From Gnetum montanum (taxonomy: Eukaryota; Plantae; Gnetophyta), in the NCBI GenBank assembly GCA_015680685.1, contig MNCI01001941.1, positions 672,252-736,251 of the forward strand: DNA of 64,000 bases, in the 5' to 3' direction. Shown in pieces: positions 40,648 to 54,929 of the stretch. Below the pieces are notes generated by a model, which had not been told where the DNA came from, did not search any database, and saw only the letters and a program-made list of their open reading frames with translations. The stretch's first letter is position 1. The number at the start of each line of letters is the position of its first letter. Position numbers and translations under genes: made by a program.

Positions 40648-42941
40648 TTAGTATAAGAGATTTTGGTTGATTGATGCTTGTACTCTTTTGAAGGATTTTG
40701 TCAAATATAGATGATTCCTAAGAGGAAACCGATTTAGATCCTAAAAAGATACATGGAGAGCATGAAGTCTTTCTTCTAAAAAATGGTTGCTTGGCTAGAT
40801 GAAATCAATGTAAAGATGGATAGGAATGCCAATCCTAGTCATATCTCAACACGCAGAGACTATGAGCATTCATGTTTTAATGAAGAAATTTCATAGCCTA
40901 GTGGAGATGGATCAAATAATGAGGAAGGATAATCTAGCTAAAGTGTAGGAACCCATCATCCAAGGATTTCAATTAAAGAGAATCCTATTTCTTAGATGAA
41001 AATTCTAAGGGCTATAACTATGGCAACTACTTCTTCTCCTAGCAAGCTAGATGAGGAAGATAAGGGAAGGGTTGCTAGAGCATTCCATAATTCTACAAAA
41101 TTTTATACATAGAGTTGAAGGCTCTCAATTATGTAGATGACACCAATGCATTTTCATGTTAGCTGAAACGAATTGACAAGAACTTTGAGTTGGAAGAGGT
41201 ATCAAATCACTTGAGGGTACCTATTGCTAAATCCAAATTACAAAGAATGGCTTCTACTTGATGGGAAAAGGAGTCCCAGGTTTATGAAAGATAAAATGAT
41301 CAACCCATTAGAGATTGAAATTTGATGAAATTCATGTTGAGAATAAAAATTGAATAGTCTCATCAAAGACAAGAGACTTATGAAGTTAAAATTTCTAACG
41401 CAAGATGACAATGATATCAATGAATTCTATATCAAATTTTGTGATTTATTCCATCAAGATAAAGTAAATTAAGAGAAGTATGAATAAGCTCCAATCTTTT
41501 TAAAATGTATCAAAATGACATATTAGTAAGAGTTTTGTTTATATGATTCACAAACCCTTAATAAGGCTTATGATTTGGCACTAAAGGTTGAAAAGAAACT
41601 AAGTGGATTCAAAAAAATGAGAAAACAAACATCCAAGAGGAAGGATAAGGATCTAAAAAGGAGAAGGGATCCAAGTCCAAATATGAAAACAAAGATGATA
41701 GCCATGATAGGAAGATAGAAGAATAATGAAAAGTGTGAAGCTAAGAAGGACCTAGGTAAGGGAGGAAAGGATCAAGGCAAAAGCTCATCAAAGATTCAAT
41801 GCTTCAATTGTGAAGAATGGAAACATAAGAAATGAGAATGCCCACTTCACAAGGCAACCAAGGAAAAATATATGTCAAACCATGGAGGTGGAGGAGACAT
41901 AAAGCCAAGCTCTTCAAAGAGATACTCCTATTGCTTCCAAGATCAAGAAATTTTTTAAATTAAATTATTATGCTTTCATGGGGAATATGAATAAGTGAGA
42001 TCATCCTAATAGAAAATTTTTATTTAGATTGGAACTAGATTTTTTCTTAGTAGGGAATGAATTCATGTTTTAATTAATGAGGAAGCCCAAGAAAATGCTA
42101 TTTCTTTTAGAGTAGTTACTAGATTAGGCTTGGTAACTAATCCTCAACCTAGACCGTATAAAGTGCATCAGATGTCTAGAGATTTCTCTTAAGAGGTAAA
42201 GGAACAATGTAGTTTAAAATTTAAAACTAGGATTTTTCATAATGTTGTAAAGTATAATTTTCCTCTAATTAATTGTAATAACATAATTATTCATAGACCT
42301 TGGAATTTTGACAATGTTGTTCAATTTGACAAAAAAAGAAATCTATGGAGTGTAGCTATATTTGATGAAATCTATGACTTAATTCACATGATGGTTGAAT
42401 AAGTGAGGTAGCAAAGAAGGAATGTATGGTATCAAATTAACTTTATTCTTGGTACTACCATTCCAAACACGATATATTACCAAATGACATCAAATTAAAG
42501 GGTTGAATTGCAAAGGAAAGTAGAGGAGTTACTTGCAAATGGCTTCACAAGGGAATCCATTTTAACTTATGTAGATCTAGCAGTGCTAGTTCCAAAGAAG
42601 GATAGTGATGAATGGAGGATATGCATTGATTCTAGGATAATAAATAGGGTAACAATGAGGTACAAGTTTTCTATTCTATAGATGGACAATATTCTTACTA
42701 TTCTTAATAATGCTAAAATTTTTAGAAAATTTGATTTGAAGAATGGTTACCATCAAATTAGAATTAGGCCTAGTGATGAATGGAAAATAGCATTCAAAAT
42801 ATCAAATGAATTGTTTAAGTAGTTGGTGATGTCATTTGGGCTCATGAATACACCTTCTACATTCATGAGATTAATGCATGATGTATTGAAGGACTTGATT
42901 GGTAAATACCATATTTTTAATGATATTTTTTTATGTATAGC

Positions 42942-43854
42942 TGGTGTAGGATCATCTCTTTATTTTCCCTTGTTCTCTTTCCTACATTCATGTTTTTGTA
43001 GATTTTGGGCTTCATGGAAACATCTTGGAGGCCATGGAGTCATCTAGCCTAAGATTTGGACTGTTGGGAGAGACATCTTAGAAGAAAAAAGATGTTTAGA
43101 CCAAGAGGAGAACTTGTACAGAACATCCTTAACTTAAGGGAGATGTCTTAACAAAGTGTAAATGATGTCTCAGATCAGACGTTGTAAAAGTGATAGATAC
43201 ATCTCATAAAATGGTAATATGTATTAACTAGGACATCTCTAATGTGGCTAAGATGCCTTAGCAATTTTGGAGACATCTCCAGCTAGGATAAAATGTCTTC
43301 CTAGCATTTTTAGTTTTGATAAAAGACATCCTAGAAAGACTAGATATGATTTGAATGGTCAAGGAACCTTCCAAAATTACCATTCCAAGTTTGGAAATAG
43401 TTGAAACATGGGATAAAAAGATGGAAAAATTTAAGAATTTGCAATTTAATAAATATGAATTATGATTCATGCTTGTATCATAGAGATATGTGAGTAATAT
43501 GTCATGAGATGTCAACAGGACAATATGCTTGTAGCTCTTGATTAATTGAGTGAGCATTGTCTTGGTGTCTCTTGTATCTTGTGAATTTAGATCTTAGTCC
43601 TAGGTTGTGGGAAAGACTCTATTAATTATGTCTTGCATTGAGAATAACTATTTGTGGTTGTAGAACCTCATGTTCTGTAGCATTGTTTGACTGTGAGGAA
43701 GAATGTTTTGTGGGTTGTGGAACCTTGTTATAATATTATTTTTCAATAAATTGAATATAGCTATTTTTCTTCTTTTCTATAAAATTAATAATCCTTGCAT
43801 AATATTTGGATTTAGTACTAGAAGGTGATTTTCTATTGGAGTGAACCTACTCCA
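42942..43854 (+). mobile_element. Solo LTR related to element D, inserted in D's RT
   Basis: Termini TGGTGTAGG / CCTACTCCA; exact TSD ATAGC (42937-41 / 43855-59); RT sequence resumes (NEEEHFDHL). Confidence 0.9.
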
Positions 43855-46118
43855 ATAGCTCCAATGAGGAAGAGCACTTTGATCACTTGGAAATGGTGTG
43901 TGTTAAATTGTAGGCATAGTTGGTAATCAATGTGAAGAAAATTTATTTCCTCAAGAGGAAAATCACATATTTATGGAATGTGATTTCTAAAAACCAAATT
44001 ATAAAGAAAGATACTAATGCCAAGGCTATTAGAGATTGCCCAACTCCTAAGAATGTCAAAAGGTAAGATTATTTCTTGGTTTAGTAGGTTTTTATAAATG
44101 GTTCATCAAAAATTTCAATGGTATTTCTTAGCCTATATTTGCTTTGTTCAAGAAATATTAAGATTTTAGGTGGAATAATGAAACCCAAGGAAGATTAAAC
44201 TTGTTAAAAACAAAAATTACTAGTGAGTTAATGATTGAAATTTGAAAATTTTATAAGCTTTTTTAGATAAAGGTGAATGTAAGAGAACTTGCCATTAGTG
44301 GGGTACTTTCACAAGAATATAGACCTGTTGATTTTTTTTTGAAGAATTAAATAATTTTAGACAAAAATATTGTGTATATGAGAAGAAATTATATGCTATT
44401 CTTCAATTAATCAAGCATTAGAGGTACTACTTGTTGCCGAAGAAGTTTACTTTGATGATGGACCACAAAATGCTACAATTTCTAAACTCTTGAAAGAACT
44501 TGAATAAAAAGAACATGAAGTGGATTACATAGTTGCAAGGGTTTAATTTTTTTTTCAAACACAAAAGTAGAAAAACCAATGTGGTGGCTGCCAGGATACA
44601 TGTGGTAAATTTTAGCACACCTCATGTAGAAGGTATGGGTGATTTTATTGATTTGTATGAGCATGATATTGATTTTACAAAGACTTAAAGATACTTCAAA
44701 GAACCATTTTTAAGTAGGATAGACTAGTAGAGGAACTACAATATTCAAGATGAACTCTTATTCAAAAAGGAGAAGGTATGTGTTTCTAATTATGATTTTA
44801 GGAAAAATATTTTTTTGAAAAGCATTGTAATCACATGGAAAGTCAAATGAATAGGGATAAAACATTGAAACTTATAGGTAGACACTATTTTTTCCTATTA
44901 TGGAAACTAAAGTTTTGAAATTTTTGAAGGAGTTCTTAACTTATCAGAAATTCAAAGAAGGTAAAGGGTGGATGGACATTACATGCCTTTGTGAATTTCT
45001 GAGGGTCCATTAGAAAGTGTGTCTATGGATTTTGTAAGTGGTATTCCAAAAACCAAAAGTGGAAACAATGCCAATTTCTTTTTTGTTATGGATAGGTTCA
45101 CCAAGATGACATACTTTATATTGTGCAAAAAGATGAGTGATGGTTATCATCTTGCAAATTTATTCTTCCAGCATGTTGTAAAGTTACATTGAATTCCTTT
45201 AAATATTGTTAGTGACATAGACTCCAAATTCACTAATTTCTTCTAGAGATTCATTTGAAAACATTTAAGGAAAAAGTTGAAATTTTCTAGTGCATATCAT
45301 CCATAATCTTATGGCCAAATGAAAGTAGTGAATAAATCCTTGCTAAACATGTTAAGATGTTTGTATGATGGACACCCAAATACATGGAAAAACTTGTTGT
45401 ATCATGCTGAGTTTTCTTACAATAATGTTTTTCAGGTTGCTATTAGTAAAATCCCATTTGAGGTGAACTATGATTTTTTTCTAAGATGGTGAACACCTTG
45501 AAAAGATTTGGTAGTGATGCTCAACTTAGTGCTTCTTTTATGCAAGAGATAATAAATCTTCATGCATAAGTAAAATAAAATCTTGAGAAGAAGGTTGAAG
45601 AGAGGGAGTTCTCAAGAGGAATGAGAATAAAAAAAATCAAAATTTTCTATTGGTGACTTAGTTCAAGTGCACTTAAAGAAGAAGTGGTTGAGAGATATTA
45701 ATTTTTCAAAGTTGAAAGCCAAGAGGATGAGGCTTTTCAGAATTAAGGCCAAGATTAATGATAATGCTTTTGAAATTTATTTACTAAATGATGTTGGTAT
45801 ATCTTTTGTATTTAATGTTTCATATCTTGTGCACTATCATGAACTAGTTAATGAGAAGACCATATAAGGTAACATCGATGTGTTGAAGAGGACTATTGAT
45901 CAATCTAAGCCTTCTATGGGGAGAAAGACAATCATACTCAAGTGATGAAAAGCTTCAAGCACTTAGAGAATGAAGAGGCATGAGCACTTAATCCATTGGG
46001 AGTATCAATCGACTAATGATTCTATATGGGTCCATGAGACCAAGTCTTATGAGTATAGAATTACTTTAACTCCTACTTCCTTATTCACATGAGTTTTCTT
46101 TTTAAAGGATGGAAGAGC

Positions 46119-46831
46119 TTCTATAGGAATTCCTCATCCAATTCTCTTGTTCTCTTCCTATGTATGGTTTTTATATGTTTTGGGCTCTATGAAGATATCT
46201 TTGAGGTTAAGAAGATGTACTTTTCTAAAAGTATAATTTTAACAAGAGATAACTTGAGGAGGTTAGAGATGATACATACGACTAGAAAACTTTTAGAATT
46301 ACCAATTCTAATATAGAAAATAGCTAAGTGAAGATGGAAAAAATAGAAACATCATAGAATCTTCAACTTAAGCTTGAAAAAGTTTTGCTAGGCTTTTTGT
46401 CTTGTTGTGTCAATAAATATAGGTTGTATCTCATACTTTTATCATCATGAAAGGTCAAGATATGTCATGAGATCATATAAGAAGAGTGCATAAGTGTGTA
46501 TGCATCTCTTGGTCAATTTTGTGTTTTGGTCTAGTATCTCTTGTACACTTGTAAGTTAAGATCTCAATCTTAGGTCGTTGGAGAGAGTTTATATTGGTTA
46601 TGTCATGCATTAAGAATAGAAATTGTGTGGTTGTAAAGCCTCATGATTTGTAGCATCATTTTAGTATGAGAGAAGTTGTATTTAGATAGTTTATGGTTTT
46701 TGAATCCTATCATAATCTTGTACAACAATTCAAGATAACTAATTTTCTAGTTTTCTAGCAAATTAATTATATTTTCATAATATCTAAATTTAGTATTATA
46801 ATATGATTTATTATTATAATGAACAACTCTA
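46119..46831 (+). repeat. Element D 3' LTR (internally deleted)
   Basis: Colinear with the 5' LTR but lacks roughly 230 bp of the AGAC(G)TCT array. Confidence 0.8.
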
Positions 46832-46943
46832 GGTATTACATTTTATATTTTATGTAAGTTATATATTAAGATTGTAGACTTATATGTATATTTATTATGT
46901 GGGTTAGCTTTAGTGTATGTTTTATTATTCCATGTGCTTCCTA

Positions 46944-48380
46944 GTCATCATCATCATCATTATCCTAACCTTGTCCTTAAAAAATGGGATTAACTACATG
47001 AGTTCTCTTTCACCATTCAACTCTATGAAGAGCTAGATCTTTGTTTATTTGTAGTTTTGTCAAATCATATTTGGTCATTTTGTCTATGTATTATTTGATC
47101 TTTCTTTTAATGGCTTTCCTAGGATAGTGATGTAGCAACCTTTGTTTATAGGCTAATTATCTTATCCTATTTATACATATCCAAACCATCTAAGTTTTTA
47201 TGCTTATAATTTATCTAAAATAAAAATCACTTCAAGTCTTCTTTTGATATTTGTATTATGTAGTTTATCTATTCTAGGAACATTCAACATTCATCAAAGC
47301 ATTCACATTTTTTCACATTGATTTGATATTCATGACTCCTTTTTGCTATTCAACATTTAGCACCATATAAGATAGTAGGTCTAATTAATAACTTCTAAAG
47401 TTTTCCCTTTAATTTTATTAGAATTTTTTATCATATAAAACATCACTACCCCATCTTTACTTTGGTCATTCTACCTCAACACTATTTCTTATATCTTTAT
47501 CAATTTCATCATCTAATAGGAAGATTGATCCTAGGTAGTAGAACTTTTTACAATTAGGTACTTTTTAACCTTGAATTATCACTTCTATTTCATTACTATT
47601 TATGATGTTATTAAAATTTCATTTCATATATTCTATCTTATTTCTAATAATTTTTAAGCTTTTTGATTCTAAAGCATATCTCCAATTCTTCATTTTAGAA
47701 GCAATATTTTTTTGAGTTGTATCCAACAACATAATATCATCTACAAATAACATACATCAAGGGATTTCATCTTGTATTTTCTTTTTTAATTCATTCATAA
47801 TAATGGCAAATAAATATGGGCTAAGCACAAACCCTTGATGTGGATATACTATGATTAGAAAATTAGATGTTATTCCATAGGATATTCTAATTTTAATGGT
47901 AGCTCTTTTATATGTATCTTAATTTACTTTAACATATTTATCAAGGATTTTTTTCTTCTAGAAATTTCACCAAATAACATCACTAGATACTCTATCATAT
48001 GCTTTTTTCAAGTCAATAAAGATCATATATATATTTTTTCTATGTTTTCTGAAAATCTACATCAATTGTCGTATAAAAAGAATATCCTCTATAGTAGATA
48101 TCTTGGGCTTAAATTCAAATTAATTTTTTATTACTATAAATTTAAATTTAATATGCTACTCTATGACTCTCTTCTAAAGCTTCATAGGTGCACTCATTGG
48201 ATTGATTCCTTTATAGTTTGCATAATTTTGTATGTCTCCTTTATTTTTGAACATTGGAACAACAAAGCTTTTTCTCCAATTTTTGGACATTTATCCATAT
48301 TTCAAAATATTATTAAATAATTTTTTAAACTATGAAGCTCCTATATTTCCAATTCTTTTCAAGATTCTATAGAAATGTTA
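46944..48380 (-). mobile_element. RTE-clade LINE, 3' fragment
   Basis: Minus strand MIFIDL..AYDRV, HQGFVLSPYLFAIIMNE, EIP*CMLFVDDIML; ends in a (TGA)n microsatellite tail (~46945-46960). Confidence 0.85.
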
Positions 48381-51300
48381 TTAAAACACCACTAAAAATT
48401 CATGTTGTAACCTTCATTTCCCAACCTGAGGTAAGGATTCATTGTTAATGTGAGATATGTAGTCCATGAGCTACAATCTTTCATACTTCAACTTTTGGAG
48501 CCAAAAAATGCTTCAAAAGTTGTTATTTCCTTGCTTCCTAAGTAGAAAGAGGTATCCCATGACCATATTTGAGCTCGAGAAGGTTGAAAACACCTTGGAA
48601 TGGCTAAAATTTGTATTTTCATGGTTTTTTTGTGGGGGTATACCCCCAACTACATTGGAGCCATCAACTTCAATTGGTGCTATAGTAGATATGGTGCTAC
48701 AGTAGGTAGGAAGTTCTATTTCACTCTAGAAGATGGCAGTGGCCAATGTAGTCACCATCAAGATCCAACAAAAGTGCAATGTTGGAATTGTTGAAATTTC
48801 CATTTCTCTAACAATGGCTGGTGTAGTCATCAGAAGTCTTCTACAATTAGTGTAGATAACATTTTCTAGTAGTTTCTAGCTTTTTGACATTTCCAATTTT
48901 TTCCATTTTCGATCACTTTTGCCATTTTCTAACAACCTTGTTGTAGTCCACCAAAGCCAACATAGTAAGAATGGTGCTTGCATATTCACAAAGTCCATTT
49001 ACTATTTATAGTAAAAATAGGATTTTGTGGCTATAGTCCATACCTTACTTACTATAAATGGTAACTATGCTAAGATATTTTAGCTATTGCACCTACAAGT
49101 TGACACCAATTTGTTAGCAATTATGATAATGGTGTATAGGCCCAAAAATAGCCACACTAATTCTATAAATACCCAACATGAATACCATTTTTAGGTTCCA
49201 ACACTTTTGCATTTCCAACACTTTGGCATTTTTGCAACCCTTGGCAATAGTTCTAAACTTTTACAACTATCAAAGCTCATTGCAATCTTACAACATATTT
49301 TGGTAGCAATAACTAGTACTATGTTGGGCACAAAGACTCCCATGTAGTGGCCATTGCACCAAAAAGTAAAAATCCATTTCTGTAACCACGTTGTAGACCC
49401 TGGTGAAAATTGACAAATAGTTTCTAAAAATTGGAGTTGGGAAGAAACTGGATTATGGAGTTGCCATAGCATACATCCTACCTTCTCTAATGAACTTCAA
49501 GCTCCTACAAGCAACTTCTCATGCCCTTGGCATGAAATTTGTACTTTGTAAAACTTATTCTTTATTTTCATTTAAATAAAGTTATTGTTCATATTTTGTA
49601 GGTTTTACTTTACATTTCCATTTCGACATATGTTTTTATTTTGGATTTACAATTTTCAGTTCATTTTCATTTCCATTCTCAACTTTATTTCCAATTCTAT
49701 TTTCAACTTCATTTCTGTTTCTATTTTCAAAAACATTTACATTTCTATTTGAACTTTCATTTACATCTCCTTAAGTCTTTAGGTGATCAACAAGAGCATC
49801 TAGGATGCCTTGAATCTTGTTTTTGGAGGTCCTTGGGATTCAAGTCTAAAACTTTCCTAGCATTTGGATCTTTTGGTTTCCATTCCAATAATCAAAATTT
49901 CTAGCACCAATGATTTTTTGCTACTAGAAGGAGGGCCTCCATCCCATTTCTACATCTAAATCAGTTTTCCCTATTGACAACATTACCTTTTATTTCACAA
50001 ATCTACAATTTTGACATTAAAACCTTCAAATCTCAATGTTGTCACTCATACCCCCTGTGATAGACATCCATCATGAAAGTTGTAGGTATTTGGATTTTTG
50101 GGATTTTCACAATAGTTTCTATGAAATACAAAGCCAATCTTAGTTTCTAGTTTCATATGTTACCCTGTTTTCTACCAAATTTTCTCAACAAGGCTAGTTT
50201 TGGTGGTTCTACCACCTAAATCCCCATCCTCCCCTTTGCTATGAAACTTGGAAACTTGTCAAAACCTTTCTTTTGGAAAATTCAAACTTTTCATTTTGGT
50301 TGTCAATTCCTCCCTCCACTCCAACATTATCAAAAAAAGGTTTACAATCCCTCCATCTTACATCCTTTCTTTCCCCCTTTGCTACACCCTAGCATAGGTG
50401 TAGCTAGGGAACTAGGAGTGGATGCAATTTGATATCACCTCTTACCTTTTTTAGTATAGGAATGCACCCCCTTTAATAACCACTTACTATTTATAGTAAC
50501 TAACATGTTTTTAGTTGTTTTTTCCTTTTCTAGTCTCTTTCAAATTTCCATTATTGGAATTTACATTTTTATACATCTTTTGTAACCATGTTGAGCCATT
50601 TTTGGTTTCATAACCATGTCTTTCCAACAATCAACCAAGCTATCTTTCACATTCATTGAAAAAAGATCTAACTAGTAGGCCAGAAGGCTCTATGACCTCA
50701 AATACCCTACTATCATTGAGTGTAGGTGGTCCTTGTAGCTTAGGGGGTAAATTCTTGAATTTTTTATCATAAATTAAGATCATTATAACTACATTTGTGC
50801 CAAAATCTAGGTTGGCATGATGATTCCACATGTGGAAGTAGAAGCCAAAAGGGAGTATGAGCTCATACACTGAGATGGGAAGGAGTACATTCCTTTCCCA
50901 CATGACTAGATGCCCTAAAAAGATGTCGATGCCAAAATCCTATCTCAACTAATTGAGATGGATGAAGAAGATGAGAAGCACAAATTGGAGGAGCAATAGA
51001 AGGAGAAGGATAAATTTAGGATAGAATCTTAGCCCAAAAACATCTTAGGTATGTTGTTCCAGGAAGCAACCCCGAAGGCCATAGTGCCTTCCTCTACTCC
51101 CTTTGTCTCCTTCATGGGCCAAATGCTACCATCTTCTACCCCTTCCTACCCAACCATGTCTGGTCCCATCCTAGTTATCGCTATGTACCAAATGCAATTT
51201 GTGCCATAGTCAACCACCTTCCACTTCTCCATGTCATTTTCTATTCAACCATGGTCTATACAACCCTCATCAGTTATTTTCATCACCACCACTCTTCTAA

Positions 51301-51549
51301 TCACTTAAGTGGAGTCCACCATGGAACCACAAAAAACCTAGGGATCACACATCTCGTTCATCCCATTTGTGTCTCAAATGCTGGCATGAACATAATTCTC
51401 CTTATTTGGTCCATAAACCATAATAATAACACAACCTATCCCATCCATGCCACAATTGATAGCAAGGCCATAAAAAATGCCACAACTGATAGGGACATCA
51501 CAAGGTCTAGATCAAGTCTTCTAGATGATCTAGGACCTAACAGAGGAGT

Positions 51550-54228
51550 TGAAGAGGCTCAAAGCCTCTACAACTCCAAGCATTAAGATTATGGACTTTT
51601 ACTAGGATGATTGCATCAGCCCTATGATCCCAACCTTAATGCTTCCTCCTAGTGTCCATATCCATTAATTTAGTAAGTACAATGGACAAGGTGATCCCAA
51701 CGCTCACCTTATAACCTTTCAATGTAAGTGCTTGATATTGCAACCATGGGCACACAGTATAATGAGGATCTTCCCTATGTCCTTGATTGAAAAAGCACAT
51801 TACTGGTACCATGTCCTACCTAGAGTATCTATATCCTCTCATGAGGGTTTGATAGCCCAAGTCATTAACTACTTCAAGTATAGCTTAAAGCTTGATACCA
51901 TGCTTGACCAGCTGATGAAGGTCAAGTAGGGATCCCTTGAACCAATATAGAAGTTCATCCAATGATGGAATATTTTGCTAAATAAGATACCAAAGCCTAT
52001 AGATGAAACCCACATTTTGGCTATATTCAAGGGGCAGTTAATGATTTTATCAAGTCTTTGTCATACAACCTTGACCCATGATCCCTTAGCCAAGTGTTCT
52101 CCTAAAAAAATAACATAAAGGATGCCATGGAAGCTAGTCATGACCTTGATTATGTAGCACATAAGAACCAACACATGCAAAGAGATAAAGAGAGAGGTAA
52201 ACAAAATAATATAGCTATGAAAATGGTGGCTAAAGAAACCAAAATGACTAACCATGGGCCAAGGAGCAACCAACCCAAGGCCCCTACTAATTACCATGAT
52301 AACTAGCCATCAACCTCTGTGGCCACTGCATTAACCATGTCTAGGATTAACTTTATGTAGAAAGATTGGTCTAAGTACACCAAATTACCCCTTAAGTTGT
52401 CAAAGCTTTTAGACCAACTATTAAAGAGTTATAGGATCCAATATAAACAAATGACTAAGAATGCTCATAAGAAGCATAAGAGGTTATGAAAAATAGCTAA
52501 GGAGACCACTTGAGCAATCAAGGATGACCCTCTAGTGCCTAAGTACTTTAAGTTTGATTGCTTTTGCCACTATCATCAATTGATAAAACCAACTTCTGCC
52601 TTGCACTAAAGATGACTTACATAAAATGATAGATAAGGGTGAATTGGTGCTAGACACTTTGAACCTAGTTAGGCCTTAGAAATATTTGATGCATGTATAT
52701 AAGGACCCATTGAATATGAACAATAGCTCATATACCATAGCAGCATTCAATGTCCACAATGACTAGAGGCCTACGAGGGAACCATTTGTGATTTAGGTGC
52801 CTCCTTGTAAAGAAAGGGGTCCTTTAGCTTCTGCTAGCTCAAGGCCCACCCCCCCCCCCCCCCCCCCCCCCTCTTGTAAGGGTGTCATCACCAATACCCC
52901 TCAAAGGGTCCTTTGTGATTAGAGTGCCCCTACCCATTCTAACCAAGATCACCCATGCAACATAGCAACAACTCCCCATCGTGGCTAATGTAATGCCTTC
53001 TTCTTCATAATAAACTAAGGATAATAAAAAATCTTCAACCAAATAATGGATGAAGGCTACACAGAAAGCCAAGAACAAAAATGATAAGGAAGATCAAATA
53101 TAGAAGGAACTGGGTCCATCGAAGGCCACTCCCATCTCATCTATTCCCATGACCTCCATAACTAAGGTTGCCTCAACAAGAAAACCATGGGAGGAAACCA
53201 AACCTCAAGATGAAAAGAAAGAGGCTAGGTCACAATAGCAAACTAGATATGAAGTTTGCATTTTGGTATGTATGAAGGAAGTTAAAAAAAACAAAGCAAC
53301 GACCAATAACAAAGACTTCCTTAATGCGATGGAATAGGTCAAACAATGGCTCAAGCAAAAAGATCATAACCTTAAGCTTGTATGACCTATTCATGAATTT
53401 TGCATTGGTTAAGAATTGGTTAAGATGTTGAACTCTATTCCTGTTAGTGATGACATCCCCACTAGTGAAAATTCTATCCATGCAATGATGGTACCCTCTT
53501 CACCTAGGGAATCAAAGTCAACATCGTTAGTGTTCCACGGTAGCAAAATCAAGAAAAACCTCCAAAATGGTGAAGCAACCAAGGCATCCCTCTTCCTAAC
53601 CATATAGGTCAGATAATACAAAGTACATATGGTACATGTAGATGATGGGATAATGACTAATGTCATTCCTTATACCATCGTTGAGCAATTGGACCTGACA
53701 GAATAGATGCAACATATGTTGACTTTAGCCCTTAAATCCTTTAATAGATTGTGGGTTGCCATCGAAGGCTCTATTTCTCTTGATTTTGTAATAGGGGAGA
53801 AGTTCCTTACAATGGTAGATTTCTTGGGGTTAGAAGAAACACCAAGATTAAACCTCATTCTAGGAAGACCTTGGCTGGCTTAATTGTAAGTTATGTCTTC
53901 ACATATTCATCAAGAAATAAACCTATCTTGTGAGGGAGATCAAATCATTATCCATAGTGATAGTATGGTTCCTTTAGCTATTAGCAATGTTAATATAGAA
54001 CAAGGATCCAAAGTGGAGTTTTACAAAGAAACTCTTACTATTTGTCATGAAATCAAAAGGGGTGATAGAGAAGAAGAGGCTAAGGTAAACAATGATGTAC
54101 GCATCGATGTGCTATGGGGAAAAAACCCCTTCAACATTGTTAGTGAAGATGGAGAATATAAACTAGTGCAAAACAAACCATACACATTTCCCAATCTCTC
54201 AAATATTAGAAAACATTTGCATAGGTGA
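51550..54228 (+). pseudogene. Element E gag-protease
   Basis: Motifs as above, with many premature stops. Confidence 0.8.
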
Positions 54229-54929
54229 TATATGCTCTTGATCCCTTTTATACCTTATGCACTTATAGCTCTATAACTATATGTACCTATAGCCTGATAG
54301 CCTAGTCTTTACTTTACTTATATGTGTTATCTCATTTTTCATTATGTTAAATTTAAATGTTCCTATAGTTTAAAGTTTACTTTGGTTTTACACGCTTCTA
54401 CTTTTAATTTTTTTTCTTTTCTTTTTTCCAAAAAGAAAAAATACTCATAAAAATATTTAAAGGTAGAAAATATATAATTTTTTGTTTTGTTTTGTTTTAC
54501 ATAGCATATGGCCCACCATGGCCTTAAACTGGAAAATACTGCATGGCCTGCCATGGACTTAAACTAGCAATCAACCCTACAACTCATTTTTTGCTTTAGT
54601 CTATAGCCTTCATTTCTAGTCGTTTCAACCTTTTATTGCATTCTGACCAAGTCTAGCCAATGTAGACTTCAAAACATAGATTACAACATAAAATCGTAGC
54701 ATGAAGAAAACCAAAATGCCATAACATTATAACTAGAATTAAAATAAAAAATCAAAATAAAAATATAAACATTCATAACATCATGACCATAGCCACATAA
54801 TGTGGTAAAAATGTCCAAATAATAAACTGTCAAAAAATAAACTATTTTGGCTAACACTAGCCATAGATCATCATTGGCATGAATTGAAACAACTGAAACT
54901 AAAAGATAATAGATAGAACTAAGGAGCAT

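Larger units (their letters stand above)
39699..46831 (+). mobile_element. Element D: chromovirus/CRM-like Gypsy, decayed
   Basis: LTRs ~39699-40647 and ~46119-46831; iMet-type PBS remnant TAGTATAAGAG (~40649); zinc knuckle CFNCEEWKHKK*EC (~41799); RT LVPKKD, WRICID, KFDLKNGYHQIRI, MSFGLMNTPSTFMRLM; integrase VSMDFV, FSSAYHP; HLIHW..DSIWV chromodomain-like tail (~45985-46035); PPT ~46104-46118. Confidence 0.88.

Noticed and set aside
52849-52871. Poly-C tract giving a poly-Gly/Pro ORF
   Set aside because: Homopolymer expansion inside a decayed gag linker.
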